From Kineosporiaceae bacterium (lineage in GTDB: Bacteria; Actinomycetota; Actinomycetes; Actinomycetales; Kineosporiaceae): a DNA stretch of 64,000 nt. The stretch covers positions 2,068 through 66,067 of the forward strand of contig DATINJ010000382.1 in the NCBI GenBank assembly GCA_035474375.1, read 5' to 3'. The position numbers and the translations under genes were made by a program. Below the pieces are notes generated by a model. That model saw only the letters and a program-made list of their open reading frames with translations, ran no database searches and was not told the DNA's origin. Each line of letters opens with the position of its first letter. Within the stretch, counting starts at the first letter, position 1. Shown here one piece after another: positions 24,684 to 32,873 of the stretch.

Positions 24684-24771
24684 ATGATTGCCGTGCTGCT
24701 CGGTCGGGATGATGGCCGTGCTGCCCGGTCTGCACAATTGTCGTGCTGTTCGGTCGGGATGATTGCCGTGC
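24684..24771. repeat. About 3.5 x 25-26 bp degenerate tandem repeat between convergent genes
   Basis: Units resemble ATGATTGCCGTGCTGCTCGGTCGGG. Confidence 0.8.
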
Positions 24772-25374
24772 CTAACCGATCTCCAGTTCGGTGACTCGCC
24801 AGCGACCGTGTAGGCCCTCCATCCGGAATGCGACTGCGCGAACCCGATCGGGTTCGGCAATGACGGCACTGACCTCGCATACCCCGGCCCGGGGGGCGCA
24901 GGCGACCAAGGCGCGAACCCGAGGCTTGGACGCCGTGGCGATTCCCCGTCTGGCTCTGGCTGTCAGGGCTCCCCGACGCACGAGGATGGCGTGCACCTCC
25001 GGGGTGGTCCAACGCACCAACTGCCCGGCCGAGCGCAGCCCGCCCGCCACCTCCATGGCGGCCTGGATGAACGTGGCGGCCCAAAGCTTCGGCTCAGGAA
25101 GCAAAGCCGCACGGTCTGGTTTCCGCTTGGCTGTCGCCTGGGCGACCGGCTGCTCGGATGCGCTGAGGTCGACAGCTTCGGTTGGTAGTGCCAGCGCCAG
25201 CGTTCCCTGGGTGTGCGCCGTAGTAGTCGTTCGGTCGTATCGGAAAACTCTTGAAGCGGAACGTGGTTCGTGTTTCGGAACGGCGGAGCGGCGGAGCCGG
25301 GGTAGGGTCGGATTGGCGGCGATGCCAGGAGTGCTTTCGGGTGGTCGGGTGACCGGTAGTGCCGAACTCATCAT
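24772..25374 (-). CDS. Rv3235-like conserved actinobacterial protein
   Basis: Start set at the ATG 25374, which forms an ATGA overlap with the upstream LysM gene stop. The C-terminal part resembles the family conserved downstream of secA. Confidence 0.6.
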   Translation of the reverse strand: MMSSALPVTRPPESTPGIAANPTLPRLRRSAVPKHEPRSASRVFRYDRTTTTAHTQGTLALALPTEAVDLSASEQPVAQATAKRKPDRAALLPEPKLWAATFIQAAMEVAGGLRSAGQLVRWTTPEVHAILVRRGALTARARRGIATASKPRVRALVACAPRAGVCEVSAVIAEPDRVRAVAFRMEGLHGRWRVTELEIG

Positions 25375-26408
25375 CCACCTCGATTCTCGGAGTCGGCCGT
25401 AACACTGGTTCCAGTAGAGGTTTTCGCATCGTCTCGGGAGCCGGACCGGGCGGCTGGTCCAGCTCGATGGCGGCCGAGGTGAGCGTCCGATGCGGGTGGA
25501 CGCAGCCGCTCCCCAGGAACGAGATAGTCGGGGTCGTTGCCGATTACAGCTCGATTCGCGGTGAACCAATGTGGCCAGTCGCGGGCGATCTCTGCGTTCG
25601 TCGCCGTCGGGCCGAGGTGGTGTTCGGCGACGCTCCACAGCGTGTCGCCGCGGCGCACGACGACCTCGTCATCGCTCGTGGACGGCTTCCTCGTGGACGA
25701 CTCGCTCGCGGCCGGCGCTCTCGTCGGCGGCCTTCTCGTGGGCGACGTGCTTGTGGGTGGCGTGCTTGTGGATGGCTCGCTCGTGGGCGACGTGCTTGTG
25801 GACGGCTCGCTCGTGGGCGATGCGGGTCTGGGCGGACGGTTCGGGATCCATCCCGGAAGCAGTTCGGATTGCGGTGCTGGGGTCGGGGCGAGGCCGCGAG
25901 TGATGGGTCGAACAGTGGCGGCGGCTACCGGAGCCCAGGCTGGGGATAGTCCTTCGGTAAGGAGCGGTTGTGCGCCACGGGTTCGAGTGGCTACCAGTTC
26001 CGAGGCCGGGTGCCGGGCGCTCGCGTGCGCGGTGGCAGGACCGGCCGCGATGGCGACCCCGAGCACCGCAGCGACGGCGTTGCGCAGTGCTTTGGGCGCC
26101 AGTACGCGGGCGGTGCTGGTCACGGTGGTGCCGACGGCCGAGGATCTGGACCCGAGTGCCGCCAGCACGCTGAGAAGCAGGGCGCTGAGCAACCAGAGCG
26201 AGATGGCCAAGGCCACAGAACCGCAGATGGCGGCCAGTGCCTGGTCGACGCTGGCCGGACCGGGTTCAAGCACCGAGCGCCAGGCGGACTCGCTCACCGA
26301 CATGAGTTGCAGGCAGAGCATCGCCAGCAGGGCGAGTCCCGAGCCGGTAAGGGCTAGCCCGCGAGTTCGGGGCGCGGAGAGTGGTTGACGAATCTGAGGT
26401 GAGTTCAC
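25371..26408 (-). CDS. Membrane-anchored LysM peptidoglycan-binding protein with a Pro/Ser/Thr-rich linker
   Basis: Start set at the GTG 26408 with a GGAGGAG RBS directly upstream. TM helices, PST repeats, C-terminal LysM (VRRGDTLWSVAEHHLG...VPGERL). Confidence 0.7.
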   Translation of the reverse strand: MNSPQIRQPLSAPRTRGLALTGSGLALLAMLCLQLMSVSESAWRSVLEPGPASVDQALAAICGSVALAISLWLLSALLLSVLAALGSRSSAVGTTVTSTARVLAPKALRNAVAAVLGVAIAAGPATAHASARHPASELVATRTRGAQPLLTEGLSPAWAPVAAATVRPITRGLAPTPAPQSELLPGWIPNRPPRPASPTSEPSTSTSPTSEPSTSTPPTSTSPTRRPPTRAPAASESSTRKPSTSDDEVVVRRGDTLWSVAEHHLGPTATNAEIARDWPHWFTANRAVIGNDPDYLVPGERLRPPASDAHLGRHRAGPAARSGSRDDAKTSTGTSVTADSENRGG

Positions 26409-26511
26409 GTCTCCTCCGGCCCTTGGCTGACGCTGTTCCAGCACTTGATGTCGTTTGATGCCTTTTAGTGTCGCTTGATGCAAGTGATGGCGTCCAGTGC
26501 TGCGTCGAATC

Positions 26512-26520
26512 TGTGGATAA
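26512..26520. promoter_or_regulatory. TTATCCACA box (reverse orientation) in the divergent promoter
   Basis: The plus strand reads CTGTGGATAAG. The box is 39 nt upstream of the ATG at 26559 and 104 nt upstream of the GTG at 26408. Confidence 0.6.
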
Positions 26521-26558
26521 GTCCCAAACGGTGGGTGCGAGACGGCTAGCGTCAGCAG

Positions 26559-27107
26559 ATGCGTTGGGAGCGACTGTTCGACGATCTCGAGGCGCAGTTG
26601 GAGGCAGAGGAACGCACTGCTGCCGAGGGTGAGATCGCCGATCTCGTCCGTGCTGAGCGCGCACGCCTGGCTGTCGTCGATCGATTGAAAGCCCACCTCG
26701 GTGAGCCGCTCACCTGGGCATTGGTCACCGGTGAACCGGCATTGACCGGTCGATTGCTGGACGTCGGTGCCGACTGGGTGCTGGTCGCGACGGCAAGCGG
26801 GGAGTCGCTGATCCCGATCGGCGCGGTCCAGTCCATCACTGGGTTGTCCCGGTTCACTGCGCCGGAGGCCGGCGAGGTCGCGCGACGACTGGGGATCGGA
26901 GTGATCCTGCGTGGGTTGTCCCGTGACCGCGCTGTGGTTGGGATCCGGCTAAAGGGAGACCAGCGAGTGACCGGAACCATCGACCGGGTCGGGGTCGATC
27001 ACTGCGATCTCGCCGTCCACCCGGAGGACGAACCCCGCCGCGAACGCGCGGTGCGTGAGGTGCGCTGCGTGCTGCTGCCCGCCATCGTCGGGGTCAGCGT
27101 TCGCTGA
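26559..27107 (+). CDS. Conserved hypothetical protein
   Basis: 182 aa with protein-like composition and high GC3. No motif recognised. Confidence 0.6.
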   Translation: MRWERLFDDLEAQLEAEERTAAEGEIADLVRAERARLAVVDRLKAHLGEPLTWALVTGEPALTGRLLDVGADWVLVATASGESLIPIGAVQSITGLSRFTAPEAGEVARRLGIGVILRGLSRDRAVVGIRLKGDQRVTGTIDRVGVDHCDLAVHPEDEPRRERAVREVRCVLLPAIVGVSVR

Positions 27108-27136
27108 CGCGGCCGGTGAGATTCGACCCGAGTCTC

Positions 27137-27215
27137 CGGGCGGGTCGCTTCGGGCGGGTGGGTCCGGGGGTGGGCTCGGGACGTGGGCTCGGGGCGGTGG
27201 GCTGGGGGAGTATGG
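27137..27215. repeat. G-tract-rich (plus) / C-rich (minus) low-complexity repeat region
   Basis: At least 12 runs of GGG or longer, with the recurring unit GTGGGCTCGGG. It lies between convergent genes. Confidence 0.8.
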
Positions 27216-27231
27216 GCTGCGGCGCAGTGGA

Positions 27232-27468
27232 TCAGGCGTCGTCCGCGTGATCCTCGACCGCCGTTGGCCGGGACCGGACCATGTCCCGGGTCTCGGCGTA
27301 CTTCCGCTGGATGTAGTTCTCCAGTTCGGTGGCTTCCACTCGCCACTGGCCTCGGCCGCCTACCTGAATCGCCGGTAAATCGCCGCTGTGGACCAGCGTG
27401 TAGGCCTGCCTCGCCGAGATGTTCAGCATCTCCGCGACATCCGCCAGTTGAAGAAAGCGGGGTTCCAC
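27232..27468 (-). CDS. Excisionase-type (HTH_17-like) helix-turn-helix DNA-binding protein
   Basis: 78 aa with a GTG start and an AGGAGG RBS 5 nt upstream. HTH segment LADVAEMLNISARQAYTLVHSGDLPAIQVGGRGQWRV. Confidence 0.8.
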   Translation of the reverse strand: MEPRFLQLADVAEMLNISARQAYTLVHSGDLPAIQVGGRGQWRVEATELENYIQRKYAETRDMVRSRPTAVEDHADDA

Positions 27469-27546
27469 GCAGCCCTCCTGTGATTTCGGCCGAGCGAATA
27501 CTCGGTTCCGGCAAGTGTGGCACGCAGGGTTGTCGGCCGTGTCGAG

Positions 27547-27582
27547 TTATCCACAGGCCAGAGGACCGGCGGTTTATCCACA
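27547..27582 (+). promoter_or_regulatory. Two direct perfect TTATCCACAG boxes, 27 bp apart
   Basis: Boxes at 27547-27555 and 27574-27582, between the HTH gene (minus) and the SAF-TadZ operon (plus). Confidence 0.65.
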
Positions 27583-27737
27583 GTTCCCGGAATGGCTGTC
27601 CCGAAGGTCCGTATTCTGCCAACATGTCGGCGAAAACGTGCGAGGTGAAGGGTTGGATCAGAATCGTCGGCTTCGAGGGTCTGCGGGGAGAAGTTGCGGG
27701 TAGGAGCAGGCAGAGCCGGTCGGCATCGGTCCAGTAG

Positions 27738-27805
27738 TGCAGATGATCCGGCAATGCAGATGATCCGACGATGCAGATGATCCGGCGGCTCAGGTAGTCC
27801 GGCGG
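27738..27805 (+). repeat. 3-4 x 17-bp direct repeat upstream of the SAF gene
   Basis: TGCAGATGATCCGGCAA, TGCAGATGATCCGACGA and TGCAGATGATCCGGCGG, plus a degenerate fourth unit. It ends 23 nt before the ATG at 27828. Confidence 0.85.
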
Positions 27806-27827
27806 GGCAGACAGAGGGGGCACCTCA

Positions 27828-28514
27828 ATGACGCTGACCGGTACCGCCGCGCCACTCAGCGAGCTCACGGCGCCTCGGCTGAGACGACCTTCGTGGCGCG
27901 ATCCCCGATTGTTGATCGGGCTCGTCCTGCTGCTCACCTCGGTAGCTCTCGGTGCCAGGGTGGTGGCGTTGGCCGATCGCACCGAACCGGTCTACGCGGC
28001 GCGGGTCACCCTTCCGTCCGGAACACCGCTTACCTCCGACGCGCTGAAGGTCGTCCGGTTTCGGCTCACGGGCACGGCGGCCGGCTACCTGGACGCGCGG
28101 CACCCCCTGCCGGCGGGCCAGGTCATGGTCCGGCCGGTCGGTGCCGGGGAACTCGTCCCACTCACCTCGATCGCCTCGGCCGGTCAACTCTTGGTCCGGC
28201 CGGTGAGCATCCCGATCGACGCTGATCCGCCACGCGGGCTGGCTCCCGGTGGCGTGGTGGACCTCTGGGCCTCCGCCAAGCGCCGGGACGACGTGGGCGG
28301 TGGATATGACCCGCCCGAACAAATCGCCCATGCGGTCGAGGTCTTCGACCTGCGCATCCCGGGCGCTGGGCTGTCGGCGAGCCGCACCGGATCCGTCGAG
28401 GTGCTGCTGAGTTCCGAGGATCTCGCGCCGGTGCTGGATGCGCTGGCGAACCAGGCACGAGTGGCGGTCTTGCCGGTGCCCGGCCTGATCGCTCGCGATC
28501 AGGAGCAGCGATGA
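27828..28514 (+). CDS. SAF domain protein (CpaB/RcpC-like Flp pilus assembly component)
   Basis: N-terminal TM followed by a SAF-like domain. GAGGGGG RBS. ATGA overlap with the TadZ-like gene. Confidence 0.7.
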   Translation: MTLTGTAAPLSELTAPRLRRPSWRDPRLLIGLVLLLTSVALGARVVALADRTEPVYAARVTLPSGTPLTSDALKVVRFRLTGTAAGYLDARHPLPAGQVMVRPVGAGELVPLTSIASAGQLLVRPVSIPIDADPPRGLAPGGVVDLWASAKRRDDVGGGYDPPEQIAHAVEVFDLRIPGAGLSASRTGSVEVLLSSEDLAPVLDALANQARVAVLPVPGLIARDQEQR

Positions 28515-29887
28515 GTCGTACCGGGGCAACACTGACTGTCCTGACCGCCGTTGTCGGCGACGGCGAGGCTCCGTTGGTCTCCGGCCTGGAACGCTCCTCG
28601 GCCGGTGTCCAGGTCGTCCGCCGATGCGCTGATCTGGTCGAACTGTTGTCGGCGGCAGCAGCCGGGTTGGCCCGAGCGGTCGTGCTGTCCGCGGATCTGC
28701 AACGCCTGGATCGCGACGCGATAGCCCAGCTGACCGCGGTTGGCGTGGCCGTGATCGGGCTGTTCGATCCGAAGGACGCTGCGGCCGCCCGAAGGCTGGC
28801 CGATCTCGGAGTGCAGCAGGTGTTGCCGGCTGACACCCCGACCGAGGAGATCGCCGCAGCGGTGACGTCAGCCGTCGCGGATCTTTCCGATCACCAGGCC
28901 CGAGCCGCTCGAAGTCGGTTGGGGATAGCGGATCCGGGCCTTGCGGCGCCGGCTCCGCCGAGCAGGCGTCGGGCCGGGTCGGTGCCGTCGGCTCGGCCGC
29001 CGGGCCGGGTGGTCGCCGTCTGGGGCCCGGTCGGCGGACCCGGAAGGACGACGGTCGCAGTCACGCTCGCCGCCGAACTGGCGGCGGCCGGTCACGAGAC
29101 CTTGCTGGTGGACGCCGACACGTACGGCGCGAGCGTGGCTCAGTCGCTGGGCCTGCTGGACGAGTCGGCAGGCCTCGCCGCGGCTGCTCGGGCTGCGAAC
29201 CAGGGCGCCCTGGACGTTCCCCGGCTCGCCGAGTTCGCGCCCTATGCCGGGGCGCGATTGCGCGTACTCACCGGACTTCCGCAGTCTCGTCGCTGGCCGG
29301 AACTGCGCTCCGCCGCGCTGGACACGGTCTGGCAGCACGCTCGCCGACTGGCAACCTGGACGGTGATCGATGCCGGATTCGGCTTGGAAGCGGACGAGGA
29401 GATGATGTTCGACACCGCTGCTCCACGCCGGCACGGGGCCACCCTCTCCGCGGTGACCAGCGCAGATCTGGTCATCGCCGTCGGTGCCGCCGAGCCACTG
29501 GGGCTGCAACGTCTGCTCAGCGGGCTGCAAGATCTTGCCGAGGTCGTACCGGCCGGCTCGCCGCTCAAAGTGGTGGTGACGAAAGTCCGTGACGCCGCGG
29601 TCGGGGCGAACGCCGAACAACGGGTTCGGGAGGCGTTGGACCGCTATGCCGGGGTCCGGGACGTGGTGCTGATCCCAGACGATCGGGCGGTACTGGACGC
29701 GGCCATGCTGGCTGGTCGGTCGCTCACCGAGCATGCGCCGACCGCACCGGCGTGCCGGCCGCTGACCGAACTTGCGAGCCACCTGGCCGCCGAGGCCGGC
29801 CTGCGTCACGATCAAGGGCGATCCGGCGGACGTCTCGGTCGAGGGGGACGGCGGCGCGGCCCGCGCCGGGCCCGCCGCTCAGCCTGA
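28511..29887 (+). CDS. TadZ/CpaE/Ssd-like ParA-MinD family protein
   Basis: N-terminal receiver-like domain plus a ParA-type domain (VVAVWGPVGGPGRTTVAVTLAAELA...LLVDAD). Both P-loop lysines are absent. Confidence 0.8.
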   Translation: MSRTGATLTVLTAVVGDGEAPLVSGLERSSAGVQVVRRCADLVELLSAAAAGLARAVVLSADLQRLDRDAIAQLTAVGVAVIGLFDPKDAAAARRLADLGVQQVLPADTPTEEIAAAVTSAVADLSDHQARAARSRLGIADPGLAAPAPPSRRRAGSVPSARPPGRVVAVWGPVGGPGRTTVAVTLAAELAAAGHETLLVDADTYGASVAQSLGLLDESAGLAAAARAANQGALDVPRLAEFAPYAGARLRVLTGLPQSRRWPELRSAALDTVWQHARRLATWTVIDAGFGLEADEEMMFDTAAPRRHGATLSAVTSADLVIAVGAAEPLGLQRLLSGLQDLAEVVPAGSPLKVVVTKVRDAAVGANAEQRVREALDRYAGVRDVVLIPDDRAVLDAAMLAGRSLTEHAPTAPACRPLTELASHLAAEAGLRHDQGRSGGRLGRGGRRRGPRRARRSA

Positions 29888-29907
29888 CCCCTGGCTGGCG
29901 ATCGATC

Positions 29908-29967
29908 GGCCGAGGGTCAGCCGGGAGGGCCGAGGGTCAGCCGGGAGGGCCGAAGGTCAGCCGGGAG
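29908..29967 (+). repeat. 3 x 20-bp tandem repeat
   Basis: GGCCGAGGGTCAGCCGGGAG occurs three times with one mismatch. It lies between the TadZ-like stop and the HAD start. Confidence 0.9.
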
Positions 29968-30008
29968 GGGTTGCCTCGGTCGGTGGCCTGGCGACCTACG
30001 ATGCCGGA

Positions 30009-30659
30009 GTGTCCACACCTGAGAGTGCCCCATCGCAGCTGCGCGGTCTGATCATGGATTGGGGCGGTGTGCTGACCGCCCCGATCGACGAGGCGACGGC
30101 GGCCTGGGCTCGGCACGAGGGGATCGACCTGGAGCTCTACCGAACGGTGATGCGCAGCTGGATCGACGTTTCGTCGTCCCCAATTCATGATCTTGAGCGT
30201 GGCGAGCTGAGCCCGGACGAGTTCGAGCGTTTGCTGGCCGAAGGATTCCGCGAGCGCGGTGTGGCAGTGGTCGCCGACGGGTTGCTGGCCCGGATGCTGG
30301 GCGGGCTGCGCGAACTCTCCGACGACATGGTGAATCTGATCCGAAGAGCTCGACGGCAGGGGGTAAAGACCGCGTTGCTGTCCAACTCGTGGGGCGAGCA
30401 CTACCCGGAACATCTGTGGGTCGGGGCTTTCGACGCGGTCGTGATCTCGGGCCGGGTGGGCATGCGGAAGCCGGACGAGGAGATCTTCCGGCACACCGCC
30501 GACCTGTTGCAGCTGGAGCCCGGGCAATGCGTGATGGTGGACGATCTCGCGGCGAACATCCACGGTGCGGTGGCGGCCGGGATGGTCGGCGTCCTGCATG
30601 TGAGTTATGCGCAGACCCTCGAAGAGCTAGAGGTGCTGTTCGACCTCCCGCTCCAGTGA
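30009..30659 (+). CDS. HAD superfamily hydrolase (subfamily IA-like)
   Basis: Start tentatively at the GTG 30009. Motif I LIMDWGGVL and C-terminal motif VMVDD. Confidence 0.75.
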   Translation: MSTPESAPSQLRGLIMDWGGVLTAPIDEATAAWARHEGIDLELYRTVMRSWIDVSSSPIHDLERGELSPDEFERLLAEGFRERGVAVVADGLLARMLGGLRELSDDMVNLIRRARRQGVKTALLSNSWGEHYPEHLWVGAFDAVVISGRVGMRKPDEEIFRHTADLLQLEPGQCVMVDDLAANIHGAVAAGMVGVLHVSYAQTLEELEVLFDLPLQ

Positions 30660-30697
30660 CGGTCGCCGCTGATCCGAGGACCAGCGGCGACGGCCGG

Positions 30698-31240
30698 TCA
30701 GCGAACGACGAGCTGGAGCAGCAGCAGTTCCGGTCGATGCAGTTCGACGGCGTAGACCCCGGGATCCTTCACCGTGAAGTCCACGGTCAGGGGAACCCCC
30801 GGGGTGATCTCCTGCTCGATCTCCACCCCGTGCACATGCAGGATGTTCGCGGTATCTGTGGTGACGATGAGTTTCACCCGGTCACCGACCGAGATGGACT
30901 TCCGGCCGGGAGCCGGGGTAACGGTCCGTCCCTTCACCGAGATCTTCAGCACCGTGAGCGGCTTGGGTACAGCAGCCGCGCTCGGTGGCGTGGCCGCTCC
31001 AGCCACGGCAGACGCCGGCGGGGCCGCTGAGGAGCCAGCCGAAACGGTCGCCGCCGGGGTGCCCGCGGAGCCGCTGGGCGCTGTCGTCGAAGTAGTGGAA
31101 CTTGTTGCAGTGGAGGGTGTTTCGGACGATCCACCGGAACATGCCGAGGCTCCGACCAGGGCGCAGCCGAGGATTACCGCGGAGGCCGCCGTCGCGCGCC
31201 GGCCTGGCCCGCTGATCTTGCCCAGATTCCGCGCTGACAT
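30698..31240 (-). CDS. Lipoprotein with a cupredoxin-like C-terminal domain
   Basis: Start moved to the ATG 31240 with an AGGAGG RBS 9 nt upstream. Lipobox-like ILGC/SAC, Ser/Thr/Ala linker and a beta-rich C-terminal domain. Confidence 0.6.
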   Translation of the reverse strand: MSARNLGKISGPGRRATAASAVILGCALVGASACSGGSSETPSTATSSTTSTTAPSGSAGTPAATVSAGSSAAPPASAVAGAATPPSAAAVPKPLTVLKISVKGRTVTPAPGRKSISVGDRVKLIVTTDTANILHVHGVEIEQEITPGVPLTVDFTVKDPGVYAVELHRPELLLLQLVVR

Positions 31241-31385
31241 CCGGTGATTCCTCCTGTTGAGCCGATCCTGGACGGACGCTGGTGAATTGGCCGGGGCTCC
31301 CGCTCGAGCTGGAGTCCGCGTGCGACGATAGCCCGGACCCGCGATCCGGCCGCAGCCGGAGCCCAATTGCCCAGGAGGACTGTCG

Positions 31386-32873
31386 GTGACCGATCGGCTC
31401 TCGTCGCTGGACGTCTCCTTTCTCTATCTCGAGCAGCCGACGACGACGATGCACGTCGGATCCTTGATGATCTTCCGCGTGCCGGCGGGGGGCCTCGATG
31501 TCGACCGGCTCACCCGACACGTAGGGTCACGGATCGCCTTCGTCCCGCGATACCGGCAGCGGATCCGCTCGATCCCGGGGCGGATCGCGAACCCGGTCTG
31601 GGTGGACGACGAGCACTTCGATCTGAGCTATCACATCCGCCGATCCGCGTTGCCCAAGCCCGGCAACGACGCCCAACTCGAAGAACTGGTCGCCCGACTG
31701 CAGTCCCGGCCGCTCGATCGGCGCCGTCCGCTCTGGGAGCTCTACCTGGTCGAAGGGCTCAGCGACGGCCGATTCGCATTGGTCAGCAAGGTCCATCAGG
31801 CGCTTGTGGACGGCGTCCGCACGGTCGACCTCGGGCAGGTGATCCTCGACGACTCGGCCGAGACCGCCGAGCCGCCCGCCTTCAACTGGAAACCCACCGC
31901 AGAGCCCACCTCGCTGGAACTGCTCTTCGGCGCGGTCGTCGATTCGGTGCAGCGCCCCGGTCAACTGGTGGACGTCGTCCGGCACGGGCTCGGGGACGTC
32001 CGTGATACCGCCGCGATCACCGCACGCTCCGCGGCCCGGGTGGCCAATGCAGTTCGTCAGGCCGCCGGCAGCCCGCCGAAGAGCCCGTTGACCAGTGCGG
32101 TGACGCCGGACCGCCGGTACGCCATGATCACCACTGACCTGGACGACTACCGGACGATCCGAGCCAGGCTGGCCGCCGCAGCACCGGCCAAGGCGCCCGC
32201 TCGCAAGTCCAGGAGCACCCGGACGGCCCGGGTCGCCGGGCCGCCGAATCCGCCACCCGATCAGGTCACCGTCAACGACGTCGTCCTCGCGGTGCTGGCG
32301 GGTGCGCTGCGGGCGTGGCTACTGGCTCGCGGTGAACCGGTCCCGACCGGCAGCATCGTCCGGACGCTGGTGCCGATGAGTGTCCGGGTCGATGACCCCG
32401 AGGCAGCCGGCGCGATTGGCAGCCGAGTGGATTCGATCTTGATCGACCTGCCCACCGGCGAGGCCAGCCCTCGGATGCGGTTGCACCAGATTTCCTACCA
32501 GACCAAGGGGCACCGGGAGACCGGGCAGGCCGTGGCCGCTCCGACCCTCGCCGGGATCGCCGGATTCGCCCCGCCCACGCTGCATTCGCTCGGCGCGCGA
32601 GTGGCCAGCGGCCTGTCCCGGCGGATGTTTCACCTGGTGGTGACCAACGTGCCCGGACCACAGCAACCGCTGTACGTGGACGGCGCCCAGATGCTGGCTA
32701 CCTACCCGGTGGTACCGCTCGCCGCCGGGCAGGCCCTGAGTATCGGCCTGACCTCGTACGCCGGGAAGGTTTACTACGGTCTGAACGCTGATCGAGAGGC
32801 GATGCCGGACGTCGACGTCGTTGGCCAGTGCATCCTCGATGCGCTGGCCGAACTACGGGAGGCGGTTCGATGA
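31386..32873 (+). CDS. Wax ester synthase / diacylglycerol acyltransferase (WS/DGAT)
   Basis: GTG start with an AGGAGG RBS. N-terminus LSSLDVSFLYLE, active-site variant HQALVDG, C-terminal NVPGP motif. Confidence 0.9.
   Translation: MTDRLSSLDVSFLYLEQPTTTMHVGSLMIFRVPAGGLDVDRLTRHVGSRIAFVPRYRQRIRSIPGRIANPVWVDDEHFDLSYHIRRSALPKPGNDAQLEELVARLQSRPLDRRRPLWELYLVEGLSDGRFALVSKVHQALVDGVRTVDLGQVILDDSAETAEPPAFNWKPTAEPTSLELLFGAVVDSVQRPGQLVDVVRHGLGDVRDTAAITARSAARVANAVRQAAGSPPKSPLTSAVTPDRRYAMITTDLDDYRTIRARLAAAAPAKAPARKSRSTRTARVAGPPNPPPDQVTVNDVVLAVLAGALRAWLLARGEPVPTGSIVRTLVPMSVRVDDPEAAGAIGSRVDSILIDLPTGEASPRMRLHQISYQTKGHRETGQAVAAPTLAGIAGFAPPTLHSLGARVASGLSRRMFHLVVTNVPGPQQPLYVDGAQMLATYPVVPLAAGQALSIGLTSYAGKVYYGLNADREAMPDVDVVGQCILDALAELREAVR

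Noticed and set aside
24772-26696. Longer track versions of the Rv3235-like (to 25638) and LysM (to 26696) ORFs, which overlap each other and the 26559 gene
   Set aside because: An ATGA stop-start junction at 25371-25374 and a GGAGGAG-GTG start at 26408 give non-overlapping genes with family-typical lengths. The extensions are Arg/Pro-rich.
27232-27468. Excisionase-type HTH gene as a marker of a prophage or integrative element
   Set aside because: There is no integrase, tRNA attachment site, phage or conjugation genes nearby. The neighbourhood is conserved core synteny. The gene is more likely a chromosomal regulator.
27108-27827. 6C sRNA expected near Ssd/ParA-like and pilus genes in Actinobacteria
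   Set aside because: I could not find the canonical two hairpins with loops of at least six C on either strand. Only a C-rich tract on the minus strand (27137-27215) is noted as an open question, and a covariance-model search is needed.
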